Below are positions 1 to 8,709 of a stretch of DNA of 64,000 nucleotides, piece by piece; position 1 is the first letter of the stretch; the number at the start of each line of letters is the position of its first letter. Under the pieces are notes generated by a model, which saw nothing but the letters and a program-made list of their open reading frames with translations, was not told the DNA's origin and ran no database searches. The DNA comes from a virus (taxonomy: Duplodnaviria; Caudoviricetes). The DNA is taken from positions 1 through 64,000 of IMG/VR virus record IMGVR_UViG_3300025735_000294. One strand, 5' to 3'. The translations under genes and the position numbers were made by a program.

Positions 1-10
1 CGGGTATTCG

Positions 11-313
11 ATGACAGACGGCTATATCGAGGTCGGTGATCCAAGCCTACCAGTACGTCATGTATCAGATGCTGATATGGAAACGCTACGAAATATGCTG
101 CGTGCTCTGATACCGAAACTCGATATCGAGGTCGACGGGAATCCGAACATACGACCAGGTATGGCAATTGAGATCCTCATCTATCGCTATGACGCTGAAA
201 ATCAGATCGACGAGTCAATTCCGCAGAAAATGATCATCAAAAACGTAGCGCATTATGAGGACCGTGTTGGTTACACAACTCGTATGCTTTTAGGGGTGCC
301 AAGCGATGTCTAA
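11..313 (+). CDS. C-terminal part of baseplate hub protein (P1 gp5-like), probably 5'-truncated by window edge
   Basis: Frame is open back to the window start; overlaps the spike gene, as P1 genes 5 and 6 do. Confidence 0.55.
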   Translation: MTDGYIEVGDPSLPVRHVSDADMETLRNMLRALIPKLDIEVDGNPNIRPGMAIEILIYRYDAENQIDESIPQKMIIKNVAHYEDRVGYTTRMLLGVPSDV

Positions 314-899
314 GCGTAGAGCGGTTATTGTGGGCACCAGGCATCCTGGTGGCGAAATGAAGTCTCAGATAAGGCTGGTTCCAGACTGGAATGGTGTGCC
401 TGATTCTGATCTCCCTTGGGCTGAGTACGTTCTACCTCTTAATTACGCATTCACTCCGTCACATGCAGGTGATGCGGTCTGGGTGGAGTTTCCTTACGCG
501 GGGGATCTGAGGCGACCGCTGATTGTTGGAGCCGCTCAGGATGCCCCTGCAGGTGTACCTAACGTTGCGCCTGAAGCTTCCGGCCAGGGTAGTGCATGGG
601 CACCAGACCCCGTTGATGGAGCGCCGGATCGCCCTTCCCTATCCAGTAGCGAGGATTACGTGGTTCATCGCAACAATCTTCTCGAAGTTCGCACTGCTGG
701 TGGCGGGTACGAGATAGCGAATACAGCAGCTGGTTCGCGTATTGGGATGAACGAAGCTGGGCAGATTTATATCATTGGTCCTTCAGATTTTTTCGTTAAT
801 GCTGGAGGTGATCTGAAGTTTGTCGCAGGAGGAAGCATAGCCTTCGAAGCCGGTGGAGCTATGACAGGAAAGGCCAGCAACTACGATTTCTCGCAGTAA
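306..899 (+). CDS. Baseplate central spike protein (P1 gp6 / gpV-type OB fold)
   Basis: N-terminal OB-fold motifs LPWAEY..P, GD.VWVEFPY.GD.RRP.I.G; Gly-rich beta-repeat C-terminus. Confidence 0.75.
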   Translation: MSKRRAVIVGTRHPGGEMKSQIRLVPDWNGVPDSDLPWAEYVLPLNYAFTPSHAGDAVWVEFPYAGDLRRPLIVGAAQDAPAGVPNVAPEASGQGSAWAPDPVDGAPDRPSLSSSEDYVVHRNNLLEVRTAGGGYEIANTAAGSRIGMNEAGQIYIIGPSDFFVNAGGDLKFVAGGSIAFEAGGAMTGKASNYDFSQ

Positions 900-904
900 A
901 CATG

Positions 905-928
905 TTAGATTACAGATACGAAATCTAA
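905..928. promoter_or_regulatory. Palindromic operator TTAGATT-N10-AATCTAA (candidate C1-like repressor site) upstream of rdgC
   Basis: TTAGATT acagatacga AATCTAA; same arms and 10-nt spacer at 50804, 57611, 58951 and (1 mismatch) 49505. Confidence 0.7.
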
Positions 929-939
929 ACAATGGTTGT

Positions 940-1848
940 GTGATGAAAAACGTTGCATTCAAAAATGTCTGTATTTACCGACTTTCCAGAGATATACGGA
1001 TTTCTGGCTATGATTTAGAGGTGGCGCTGGGGAAATATGCATTCTCTCCATGCGGCTCACAGGACATGGCCAGAACTGGCTGGGTGCCGACAATCGGTGA
1101 TTTGTTTGTCCAGAAGCATGAGCAGCAATTCATGATTACGCAGAAGCATGAAGAGAAGATCCTCCCCTCTCATGTCCTGAAAGAGGAGTTGAACAAGAAA
1201 GTGGAAGTATTGCAGCTCCAGCAGGGCCGCAAGCTTAAAAAGACCGAGAAAGATTCTCTGAAAGATGAAGTCCTTCACTCTCTCCTACCCCGCGCTTTCA
1301 CTCGTTCGAAACTCACCCGGATGTGGATTGATGCTGATCAGGGTCTGGTGTATGTGGAGACTGCCAGCGCCCGAAAAGCTGAAAATATGCTGGCGCTACT
1401 TCGCAAAACATTAGGTAGCTTGCCGGTTGTTCCGTTCACACTCCAGAACCCAGTAGAACTGACAGTGACAGAATGGCTGAAAGCCGGTTTTCCTCAATCC
1501 TTCACCGCCGGTGATGAGGCATCGTTCAAAGCGCTATTGGAAGATGGCGGCGCCGTTCGCGCGATGAAGCAGGATCTCTTTTCTGACGAGATGATGGCCC
1601 ACGTCGAAGCTGGCAAGGTTGCTGTTAGCATAGGCATCCACTGGGGCGACCGGGCGACATTTCGACTGAGTGATGACCTCACAATCAAAAAGCTGACATT
1701 CTGTGACGAGCTGAATGACCAAAACGACGACATAGACCTTGAGGATGCTGAGCTAAGGCTAAAAGCCGACTTCATTCTTTTCACTTCTGAGTTCTCAGTG
1801 CTGTTTAAACAGCTCGTCGAGGCCCTCGGAGGTGAATGTGAGCGTTAG
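940..1848 (+). CDS. rdgC: Recombination-associated protein RdgC (P1 HrdC)
   Basis: FSPCGSQDM..TGWV, EEKILPS.V, SLLPRAF, LRKTLGSLPVVP motifs; precedes dmt as in P1. Confidence 0.95.
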   Translation: MMKNVAFKNVCIYRLSRDIRISGYDLEVALGKYAFSPCGSQDMARTGWVPTIGDLFVQKHEQQFMITQKHEEKILPSHVLKEELNKKVEVLQLQQGRKLKKTEKDSLKDEVLHSLLPRAFTRSKLTRMWIDADQGLVYVETASARKAENMLALLRKTLGSLPVVPFTLQNPVELTVTEWLKAGFPQSFTAGDEASFKALLEDGGAVRAMKQDLFSDEMMAHVEAGKVAVSIGIHWGDRATFRLSDDLTIKKLTFCDELNDQNDDIDLEDAELRLKADFILFTSEFSVLFKQLVEALGGECER

Positions 1849-4384
1849 TCTTACCTATGGCAGTGTTTGTTCAGGTATTGAGGCCGCTAGCCTCGCCTGG
1901 GAACCTCTCGGGCTTAAGCCTCTTTGGTTTGCAGAGATAGAAGATTTTCCGTCTCATGTGCTCGCTCAGCGATGGCCGAGCGTACTCAATCTTGGCGATA
2001 TGACGACAATCGCCAAAAAAATTCTATCCGGGGAAGTGGAAGCTCCGGATGTGCTTGTCGGTGGAACACCGTGCCAAGCTTTCTCTATCGCAGGTCTTCG
2101 CCAGGGACTTAATGACGAACGTGGCCTGCTAACTCTAAAGTTTGTGGAATTAGCAGATGCAATTGATACAGTCCGAGCAGCAAAAGGACTCCTGCCAGTC
2201 ATCATCATCTGGGAAAACGTGCCAGGTGTCCTCTCAAGCCATGACAACGCCTTTGGTAACTTCACCGCCGCCCTGGTTGGAGAGCCTGAACCGTTTGAAC
2301 CTGGTGAACGACCTGCAAGAGGAAAAACCAGCCAATACTGGACGTGGAATGCGAAAGCCGGTCAACATGTTTCGAAGTGGTCAAAGCACGGTGCTATTGC
2401 TGGACGACAAAGGCGACTGGCATGGGCAATCAAAGACGCTCAATATTTCGGAGTGGCCCAACGACGCCGACGTTGTTTTGTTATCGCAAGTGCTCGAAAC
2501 GATCTCTATCCCTCGGAAGTTCTATTTGAGTCAGGTAGCGTGCCAAGGGATATTGCGCCGAGCAGAGGTTCGAAAGAAGAAGTTGCCGGAACTTTTAAGG
2601 CTCGCGCTAACTCAGGTGGCTGGTCACAAGATGTAGATCTGGCTGCTGGTGGCTATATGCAGGTAGTGGGCACAATCGCAGCCCATAGCTTCACAGGCGG
2701 TGCTGGCGGTAGACCTGAGGGGACACTGGCGGCACAATATGATTCATCACCCTGTGTAGAGCGAGGGATCAATATCCTTGGTGCATACCGGATGTCTGCA
2801 TTTGGCCAATATACTGATGACGAAACCGCTTCAACAATCAAAACTCGTGACTTTAAAGATGCAACGGATTTGGCTGTTACCTATTCAGACATTAGCCGAA
2901 CTTTGCTCGCAAAGGGACACGACAGCATGGCGGAGGACCTAGAAACCTACGCAATTCACGGCACTCAAGATCCTAATATTTTGAACGATATGGCTCACAC
3001 CTTAGGAAGGAATCATGGTCAAGAAAACGCCGTTATTGCTTTCAGTTCAAAGGATAGCGGCCATGATGCATCTTTTGAAGTTTCACCAACCTTAAGAGCA
3101 GGCAATAGCGCCCAAAGCAATCAAAATGCTGGCTCACCTCCTGCTATTGCTTATGGTTTTAAAGCAGGGCAAGGAGCAAAAGCCGGAGGCATTGGCTATG
3201 CATTTGAACAGTCTCCGACTTTGACCAGTGCCAGCAGCGGCACGAATCTGGCACCCACCGTCATGCAAAACATGGCTGTACGCCGCCTGACTCCCCGCGA
3301 ATGTGAGCGCCTCCAAGGATTTCCGGATGACTGGACCTTAATCCCTTACGGTCGCTCAGTTCGCCCAGAAAAAATGGAAGCTGACTACGCTAAATACTTA
3401 ATGCGCGGAGGCAATCGAACCTTCGAAGATTGTTGTCGGGCAGCATCTGATGGCCCACGCTACAAAGCGATTGGTAACAGTATGGCCGTCCCAGTTATGC
3501 GATGGCTAATGAAGGGAATACTGTCGAGTCTTGCTGAAGTTAACCGCAGCGAAATCGTTATAGAAAAGCATGAACCGGAGCGCTCAATTTTTAAGTGGGC
3601 TGGTGGTAAATTCGGTGTTCTCCCAAAAATACTCCCCCTCCTTCCTTGCGGTAAACGGCTCATTGAGCCTTTTGTTGGTGGTGGAGCCGTGTTCACGAAC
3701 GCTGGTTACGAGCGTAATTTGCTTAATGATGTAAATAGCGATTTGATAAACGCCTATAAGATGTTGGCCCTTGAGCGGCACTCGCTGATCACCCTCACCC
3801 ACTCGTTCTTTTCTGATTACAACAGCCAAAGTGATTATGAAGATGTAAGAGCCAAGTTCAACGGTGGTGAATACAGCCCACTGGAGCACGCAGCGGCGTT
3901 TATCTACCTCAACCGGCATTGCTTTAATGGCCTTACCCGATACAACCTCAAAAAGGAATACAACGTCGGCTACGGCAAGTACAAAAAGCCCTACTTCCCG
4001 CTTCAAGAAATGGAGGCTTTTTTAGGCATTGCTGGACGTTGTGAGTTTATCAGTGGTGATTTCGAAGACGTAATAGCTCGCGCCGGTAATGGCGATGTTG
4101 TTTTCTGCGACCCTCCATATGACCCGCTACCAGGTACTGCCGGGTTTACGCGATATTCAGGAGCTCACTTTACCTTCGAAGATCAAATTAGGCTTGTGGA
4201 GGCGTTGGTGAGCGCTCGTTCGCGAGGTGCGTATGTTGTAATAACAAATAGTGCATCTCCAAAGATTCGAGAGCTCTATAATCTCTCTGGATTTTCCATC
4301 CACCAGCTGGCGGCCAAGCGCTCTATGTCATGCAAGGGAGACGGGCGTGTAATGGCTCATGATATTATCGCTACGTTGGATTAG
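1832..4384 (+). CDS. dmt: Bifunctional DNA methyltransferase: N-terminal C5-cytosine MTase plus C-terminal Dam-like N6-adenine MTase (P1 Dmt-like)
   Basis: C5 motifs GGTPCQ, WENVPG, QRRRR, RRLTPRECERLQGFPD, GNSMAVPV; Dam motifs KWAGGK, EPFVGGG, DPPY. Confidence 0.92.
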   Translation: MNVSVSLTYGSVCSGIEAASLAWEPLGLKPLWFAEIEDFPSHVLAQRWPSVLNLGDMTTIAKKILSGEVEAPDVLVGGTPCQAFSIAGLRQGLNDERGLLTLKFVELADAIDTVRAAKGLLPVIIIWENVPGVLSSHDNAFGNFTAALVGEPEPFEPGERPARGKTSQYWTWNAKAGQHVSKWSKHGAIAGRQRRLAWAIKDAQYFGVAQRRRRCFVIASARNDLYPSEVLFESGSVPRDIAPSRGSKEEVAGTFKARANSGGWSQDVDLAAGGYMQVVGTIAAHSFTGGAGGRPEGTLAAQYDSSPCVERGINILGAYRMSAFGQYTDDETASTIKTRDFKDATDLAVTYSDISRTLLAKGHDSMAEDLETYAIHGTQDPNILNDMAHTLGRNHGQENAVIAFSSKDSGHDASFEVSPTLRAGNSAQSNQNAGSPPAIAYGFKAGQGAKAGGIGYAFEQSPTLTSASSGTNLAPTVMQNMAVRRLTPRECERLQGFPDDWTLIPYGRSVRPEKMEADYAKYLMRGGNRTFEDCCRAASDGPRYKAIGNSMAVPVMRWLMKGILSSLAEVNRSEIVIEKHEPERSIFKWAGGKFGVLPKILPLLPCGKRLIEPFVGGGAVFTNAGYERNLLNDVNSDLINAYKMLALERHSLITLTHSFFSDYNSQSDYEDVRAKFNGGEYSPLEHAAAFIYLNRHCFNGLTRYNLKKEYNVGYGKYKKPYFPLQEMEAFLGIAGRCEFISGDFEDVIARAGNGDVVFCDPPYDPLPGTAGFTRYSGAHFTFEDQIRLVEALVSARSRGAYVVITNSASPKIRELYNLSGFSIHQLAAKRSMSCKGDGRVMAHDIIATLD
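2157..2636 (+). CDS. Candidate overlapping (+1 frame) gene inside dmt, resembling the beta polypeptide of split C5 MTases; start uncertain
   Basis: Encodes LNISEWPND..LLSQVLET..IP.KFYLS..AC.GILRRAE, resembling the post-motif-VIII segment of C5 MTases and M.EcoHK31I beta as recalled. Confidence 0.55.
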   Translation: MQLIQSEQQKDSCQSSSSGKTCQVSSQAMTTPLVTSPPPWLESLNRLNLVNDLQEEKPANTGRGMRKPVNMFRSGQSTVLLLDDKGDWHGQSKTLNISEWPNDADVVLLSQVLETISIPRKFYLSQVACQGILRRAEVRKKKLPELLRLALTQVAGHKM

Positions 4385-4401
4385 TTGCACCTCACCTCTC
4401 T

Positions 4402-4430
4402 AAAAAAAAAGCCCCGACATTTGGGGCTTA
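4402..4430 (-). terminator. Intrinsic terminator hairpin AAGCCCC-N7-GGGGCTT with A9 run
   Basis: GC stem; A-tract on plus strand gives U-tail on minus strand. Confidence 0.6.
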
Positions 4431-4443
4431 TATGCTGAAATGC

Positions 4444-4563
4444 TCATATGATTACAGAAGTATATAATTACAGAATTATTTCTCGTTTTCGCTTTATTGG
4501 CTTTTAGCCAATCGTTAAGCATCTTAATGACAACATCTGTCATCTCTACGTCCTCATCCAGGC
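4444..4563 (-). pseudogene. Duplicated 3' fragment of parG with downstream repeats
   Basis: 4500-4549 is identical to 5763-5812 (50 nt); similarity extends to CATCCAGGC and the TTACAG repeats; parG 5' half is absent. Confidence 0.75.
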
Positions 4564-4857
4564 TAAGGGCCACCTGCGGTATGGTGGCCAAAAGCATTTA
4601 CTCCCCCACCACAACATTTCGTGCGACAGCTTGTCTCTTAATCAACTTGTAGTTGATCTCTTAATGATCACACCATACTATGTATGTACGGCAATGCACC
4701 GTACATGATTCGTATGAGTACAAAAGCAGGCCGTACACAATTTGAAAGCAGTGCCTATAGGCTTCTGGCCTAGAAAATACACTTAAAGCCGATGGCTTAA
4801 TATATATCAAGGGAGTTGACCGCCCTTCCCAAATCACGGGCAGTCGAGGAGAAATAA

Positions 4858-5127
4858 ATGTCAGCACTGAAGAAGCAGCGCATCGATCTCAGATTAAACG
4901 ACGACGACAAAAGCATGATCGAAGAAGCCGCGGCAATGTCTAACCAGACGATTACCCAGTTTATGGTTAGCACTGCCTCTGAACGTGCAGCGGAAGTTAT
5001 TGAACAACATCGCCGCCTGGTCCTTAACGAGGAATCATGGAATTTGGTAATGGATGCAATCAGTAACCCACCAGCACCGAACGACCGGTTAAAACGAGCA
5101 GCCAAGCGTCTACAAGATATGGAGTAG
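4858..5127 (+). CDS. ataR: DUF1778 ribbon-helix-helix antitoxin (AtaR/TacA family)
   Basis: KKQRIDLRL.DDDKSMIEEAAA...RAAEVIEQHRR..LNEESW..VMDA.SNPP.P closely matches recalled AtaR. Confidence 0.92.
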   Translation: MSALKKQRIDLRLNDDDKSMIEEAAAMSNQTITQFMVSTASERAAEVIEQHRRLVLNEESWNLVMDAISNPPAPNDRLKRAAKRLQDME

Positions 5128-5130
5128 TGA

Positions 5131-5652
5131 GTGGACGATTTAAAGATAGAGATTTATTCAGAGGATGTACCCTATGATTTAAGCAATTTCGATTGCGGAG
5201 AAGAGTCCCTAAACACTTTTCTCACAGACCATCTAAAACGCCAGCATGGTGGCAAGATTTTACGAGCGTATATGCTTGTTACAAGGGAAGAAAAGCCTCG
5301 CGTAATGGGCTATTACACGCTCTCTGGTAGCTGTTTTGAGAAAGAAGCGTTACCAAGCAAAACGCAACAGAAGAAAGTGCCCTACAAGAACGTGCCAAGT
5401 ATCACTTTGGGACGTTTGGCGATAGAAAACAGCATCCAGCGTAGAGGCTATGGAGAAATCCTGGTTACTCATGCAATGAAGGTCGTTTATCATGCTTCAC
5501 AAGCAGTCGGCATTCACGGTATGTTTGTGGAAGCGTTAAATGACGAGGCGAAGAATTTCTATCTTAAACTTGAGTTCACACAGCTCAAGGGGGAGAACGA
5601 AAACACACTCTTCTACCCCACAAAATCCATTGAAAAGCTTTTTGAAGATTGA
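5131..5652 (+). CDS. ataT: GNAT aminoacyl-tRNA acetyltransferase toxin (AtaT family)
   Basis: FDCGEE.LN.FL, GYYTL.GSCF, TLGRLAI, QRRGYG acetyl-CoA motif, GIHG.FVEALN; operonic with antitoxin. Confidence 0.92.
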   Translation: MDDLKIEIYSEDVPYDLSNFDCGEESLNTFLTDHLKRQHGGKILRAYMLVTREEKPRVMGYYTLSGSCFEKEALPSKTQQKKVPYKNVPSITLGRLAIENSIQRRGYGEILVTHAMKVVYHASQAVGIHGMFVEALNDEAKNFYLKLEFTQLKGENENTLFYPTKSIEKLFED

Positions 5653-5662
5653 GCTAATGAAT

Positions 5663-5690
5663 AAAAGCCCCTTAATCGGGGCTTTTTGTT
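5663..5690. terminator. Bidirectional intrinsic terminator between ataT and parG
   Basis: AAAAGCCCC-TTAATC-GGGGCTTTT between convergent genes. Confidence 0.75.
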
Positions 5691-5700
5691 TCTATGCTCT

Positions 5701-5740
5701 TATAATTCCGTAATTACAGGATTACAGGATTACAGGATTA
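5701..5740. repeat. Tandem 8-bp GATTACAG-type repeats downstream of parG (candidate centromere)
   Basis: taattacaggattacaggattacaggatta. Confidence 0.6.
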
Positions 5741-5971
5741 TTTTTCGTCTTTTGCTTTCTTAGCTTTTAGCCAATCGTTAAGCATCTTAATGACAACATC
5801 TGTCATCTCTACATCTTCATCCAGGCATGCTTTTTTAAATTCTTTATGCAGAGTTTCCGGGATGTTCATTTGCAAGCGCTTAGTGAGCCCAGTAGGTTTC
5901 AGTACCGCGTCGACTGCTGCTGGTGTTGATCGGTTTTGGCCTAACTTCATTTTCATGGCTGGTCCACTCAT
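5738..5971 (-). CDS. parG: Type Ib partition centromere-binding protein (ParG-like RHH)
   Basis: 77 aa, flexible N-terminus then KRLQMNIPETLHKEFKKAC....MTDVVIKMLNDWL; overlaps parF stop. Confidence 0.8.
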   Translation of the reverse strand: MSGPAMKMKLGQNRSTPAAVDAVLKPTGLTKRLQMNIPETLHKEFKKACLDEDVEMTDVVIKMLNDWLKAKKAKDEK

Positions 5972-6591
5972 GCTGTGATCTCCAGAATTTCGTTTGTCAG
6001 TACATCAATCTCACCTTTAGCCGCGCCATCATCTGTGTCAAAAACAGTGCTGCCATCTAGCATTACACGCACGTATGACTGGCGTTGAGATATGGCCGTT
6101 CTGAATGCTGGAACGCCGGTATCTAGGATCGATTCTTTAAGTACGGATAGCATTTTGCTATGGGGTACTTTCTTAGTGATTAAGAAACGTGCTTCAACAG
6201 GCTGCAAATCTTGGCGAGCCTCAATTACAGCCAGAATTGCACCGCAGGCTGCAAAGTCTAAAGGTGATGGAGTTACGGGAATGATCACCAAGTCAGAAAC
6301 CATTACAGCTGCGGAAGATATCGCCGAGATAGCTGCCGCCCCGTCAATGATAACGTAGTCATAATCCTTCAGCGCTTTGCGAACCTGGTAGACCTCTTTT
6401 TCAGACGCCGCTTCAGTTAGGTCGAAGGCGCATTTATCTTCTTCAAACCAGTTACTAATGCTTCCCTGTGGGTCAGTATCTACAACAGCGACAGAGAACC
6501 CCTTACGCTTAATCGCGGTAGCGACGTTGATAGTTGATGTCGTCTTACCAACACCGCCTTTACCGTTCAGTATTGAGATAATCTTAGCCAT
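5968..6591 (-). CDS. parF: Short ParA-family Walker ATPase (ParF, type Ib)
   Basis: Deviant Walker A KGGVGKTT, VDTDPQGS, YVIIDG; 207 aa without N-terminal HTH. Confidence 0.92.
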   Translation of the reverse strand: MAKIISILNGKGGVGKTTSTINVATAIKRKGFSVAVVDTDPQGSISNWFEEDKCAFDLTEAASEKEVYQVRKALKDYDYVIIDGAAAISAISSAAVMVSDLVIIPVTPSPLDFAACGAILAVIEARQDLQPVEARFLITKKVPHSKMLSVLKESILDTGVPAFRTAISQRQSYVRVMLDGSTVFDTDDGAAKGEIDVLTNEILEITA

Positions 6592-6594
6592 ACA

Positions 6595-6735
6595 TCCTCA
6601 TATGATTATTTGACCATATGATTCTGTAATCATTGAATTATGTAATTACGGAATCATAAACTGATTGAATCATAATAGGAGGTGCTGATTATAGCAATAC
6701 AGGATTACATGATTTTAGAATCATATGATTCTATG
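6595..6735. repeat. Degenerate ATGATT(C/A)/(G)AATCAT repeat cluster upstream of parF (operator/centromere candidate)
   Basis: Many copies of tatgatt, gtaatcat, gaatcat in 140 bp. Confidence 0.65.
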
Positions 6736-6798
6736 CTTATTATGGCGTGGGATGCTTTACGTAGGGAAACACGCAACCCAGAAGGGCTGCGGAGGGGG

Positions 6799-7206
6799 TT
6801 ACTCTGGGAGCATTGTACGAAGATTTTCTGCCGACTCATTTTTAGGTGGGCTGCTTACTCTTGTTGGTTCTGGCATGGGAGCCGAACCCATATTTAAAAA
6901 CGCCCTAAGCACGGCTTCAACTTCATTGCCGCTAACACCAGGTTTCAGCATAGATGCCAGCACAGCCGGAAGCCTACTATCAACTTCAGCGATCGCCAAT
7001 CCAGCAAGAGCATACAAGCGCATCTGCTCCTGAATTTCACCTTGCCGTTTATCAAGCATCTCTGCTGCGTACTTTTCATTTTCAGCTTTGGTCGGGCGCA
7101 GATAGAAACGAATGTCTTTACGCTCTTCAGCGGCTGCCATGTTCTTCCGTCCGGGTGCTTTTCGCCCTGTGTTATCCGTCAAAATGACCTCCAGTAAAAG
7201 GGGCAT
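6799..7206 (-). CDS. Type II partition adaptor (ParR/StbB-like)
   Basis: RKDIRFYLRP N-terminal strand, R.AL.AGLA helix; downstream of parM. Confidence 0.75.
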   Translation of the reverse strand: MPLLLEVILTDNTGRKAPGRKNMAAAEERKDIRFYLRPTKAENEKYAAEMLDKRQGEIQEQMRLYALAGLAIAEVDSRLPAVLASMLKPGVSGNEVEAVLRAFLNMGSAPMPEPTRVSSPPKNESAENLRTMLPE

Positions 7207-7222
7207 TTAGCCCCTTCGATAC

Positions 7223-8182
7223 TTATCCAATAACCTTCAGTCCGTTAACCAGATCGAACTGTGGGTCATCAGACACAAAGAAACGGTCTTCTCTAATATG
7301 GGTATTCTCGCGGATAGCTTCAGCAATGAGAGGCGCTCCGCCACCTATAACCATTATATGTGTGTAACCGTCAAAGTCGTTAACTACGTCAAGAACACGG
7401 CGCTGAAGGCGGGAAATGGCCGCCTCCATTGCCTTCTTAACGTCACCTAACGCTTCCACATCATTAATATTGTCGGCGAGATAGGCGTCGTTGTTTCGGT
7501 TGATGATCAGGTTATCGACATTAAAGCTCGATGTTTTTGTTTCTGCGTTAGCCAGCGCCAGTTTTACGGCAGAGGTCACAAGCGATACACCCAGTTCAGA
7601 GTTGCCGTATACGCGAGAAATCCCGGTCATCTTTCCGACCACAAGCGACACATCGAGTGTGGTGCCCCCTAGATCAACAATCAGCATTGAATGCGAGGTG
7701 CTTAGCTCGTCGCTTAATCCGACTCCAGCTGGAATGGATTCAGGACGGACCGTGACTTTTTCGATAGTGAATGCATCTTCCTTGTTTAGCTCAACAGCAC
7801 GCATAAGGCTTTCTTTCTTACGTGCAATGTTATCCATGTTTGGCTGAGCGTCAGCATCAAAGAACTCAGCCAATGGGAGCGTTACGACGATCTCAACGGC
7901 TTGGGGTTCGATGCCGCTCGTCTGTAATGCGTGATGGACGGCAATCACATTTAACGGACTGTACTGCCAGGATACGTTATTAGTTTCAAGCGCCGATGGG
8001 CTTATGAGGTCGTGGGAATACTTTTCACCATCCAGGACATAGTTGTAGACCTTTCCTGTACCAAAGCTTGCTGACCATCCGCGTTTGAAGCTATTGGGAC
8101 TAATGTGGCGGCGTTCGCTCCCATCTTTATCATTCCACAGCATTTTGATGTTCGTAGAGCCATCATCCATAAAAATTTTCAT
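7223..8182 (-). CDS. parM: Actin-like plasmid segregation ATPase ParM/StbA
   Basis: IFMDDGSTNIK, SPNSFK, VVTLPL.EFFD, IVDLGGTTLD, VIGGGA, DPQFDLV.GL. Confidence 0.95.
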   Translation of the reverse strand: MKIFMDDGSTNIKMLWNDKDGSERRHISPNSFKRGWSASFGTGKVYNYVLDGEKYSHDLISPSALETNNVSWQYSPLNVIAVHHALQTSGIEPQAVEIVVTLPLAEFFDADAQPNMDNIARKKESLMRAVELNKEDAFTIEKVTVRPESIPAGVGLSDELSTSHSMLIVDLGGTTLDVSLVVGKMTGISRVYGNSELGVSLVTSAVKLALANAETKTSSFNVDNLIINRNNDAYLADNINDVEALGDVKKAMEAAISRLQRRVLDVVNDFDGYTHIMVIGGGAPLIAEAIRENTHIREDRFFVSDDPQFDLVNGLKVIG

Positions 8183-8211
8183 CGTTCCACTCCTGAAAAT
8201 CTAAAAAGGTC

Positions 8212-8365
8212 ATTTGTGCGTCGTTTGTGCGGCATTATTGCGGCGTATTAATGACTTTAACAGATTCAGTGGGTTGTGTACATGAAATGCTGCGGCTTAT
8301 GTGCGGAATTCTGGCGGATTCTATGTTTAATCTTCTCTAGGTGCGTCATATTTGCGTCATTAAAT
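8212..8365. repeat. TGCG(T/G)C repeats at ~11-bp spacing upstream of parM (parC candidate)
   Basis: tttgtgcgtc-gtttgtgcggc-attattgcggc; gctgcggc-ttatgtgcgg; gtgcgtc-atatttgcgtc. Confidence 0.5.
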
Positions 8366-8378
8366 GTATCGCTTACGC

Positions 8379-8399
8379 AAATCACAAACTGGATACGAT
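8379..8399 (+). promoter_or_regulatory. Late promoter motif AAATCACA-N7-TAnnnT upstream of PAAR operon
   Basis: AAATCACAAACTGGATACGAT; one of 8 fixed-spacing copies before late genes. Confidence 0.7.
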
Positions 8400-8424
8400 G
8401 CCCGTAACACATTAAGGAGGTGTT

Positions 8425-8709
8425 ATGAGCGCAATAGCGATAAGTGATTCTGTCTGTTCTGGTCACGGCGGGTTCCCACCGCGCCAAGTAGCAGAGTCTA
8501 TTCCATGGTTCACAGTAAACGGGAAGCCGGTTGTTGTGGACGGAAATCTATTCCCCGACCATTCAGACGGTAATTCAACGCATAGTGGCGTTGCAGTGTC
8601 TTCACGCCCCTGGTTTGTGATTGGAGGAAAGGGGGTTGGCTGTGTTAATGATCCCGTTTCCTGTGGCTCTGTGATTGCAACCGGCGACAGCGGGTTTCAG
8701 GTGATGTGA
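8425..8709 (+). CDS. upfC: PAAR-like spike tip protein (P1 UpfC-like)
   Basis: CSGHGGFPPR, VNGKPVVVDG, H..H, GC..DPVSCGS metal-binding pattern. Confidence 0.85.
   Translation: MSAIAISDSVCSGHGGFPPRQVAESIPWFTVNGKPVVVDGNLFPDHSDGNSTHSGVAVSSRPWFVIGGKGVGCVNDPVSCGSVIATGDSGFQVM

Noticed and set aside
4400-4597. ORF as a second intact parG
   Set aside because: Only the last helix is ParG-derived; the beta-strand and first helix of the RHH are missing
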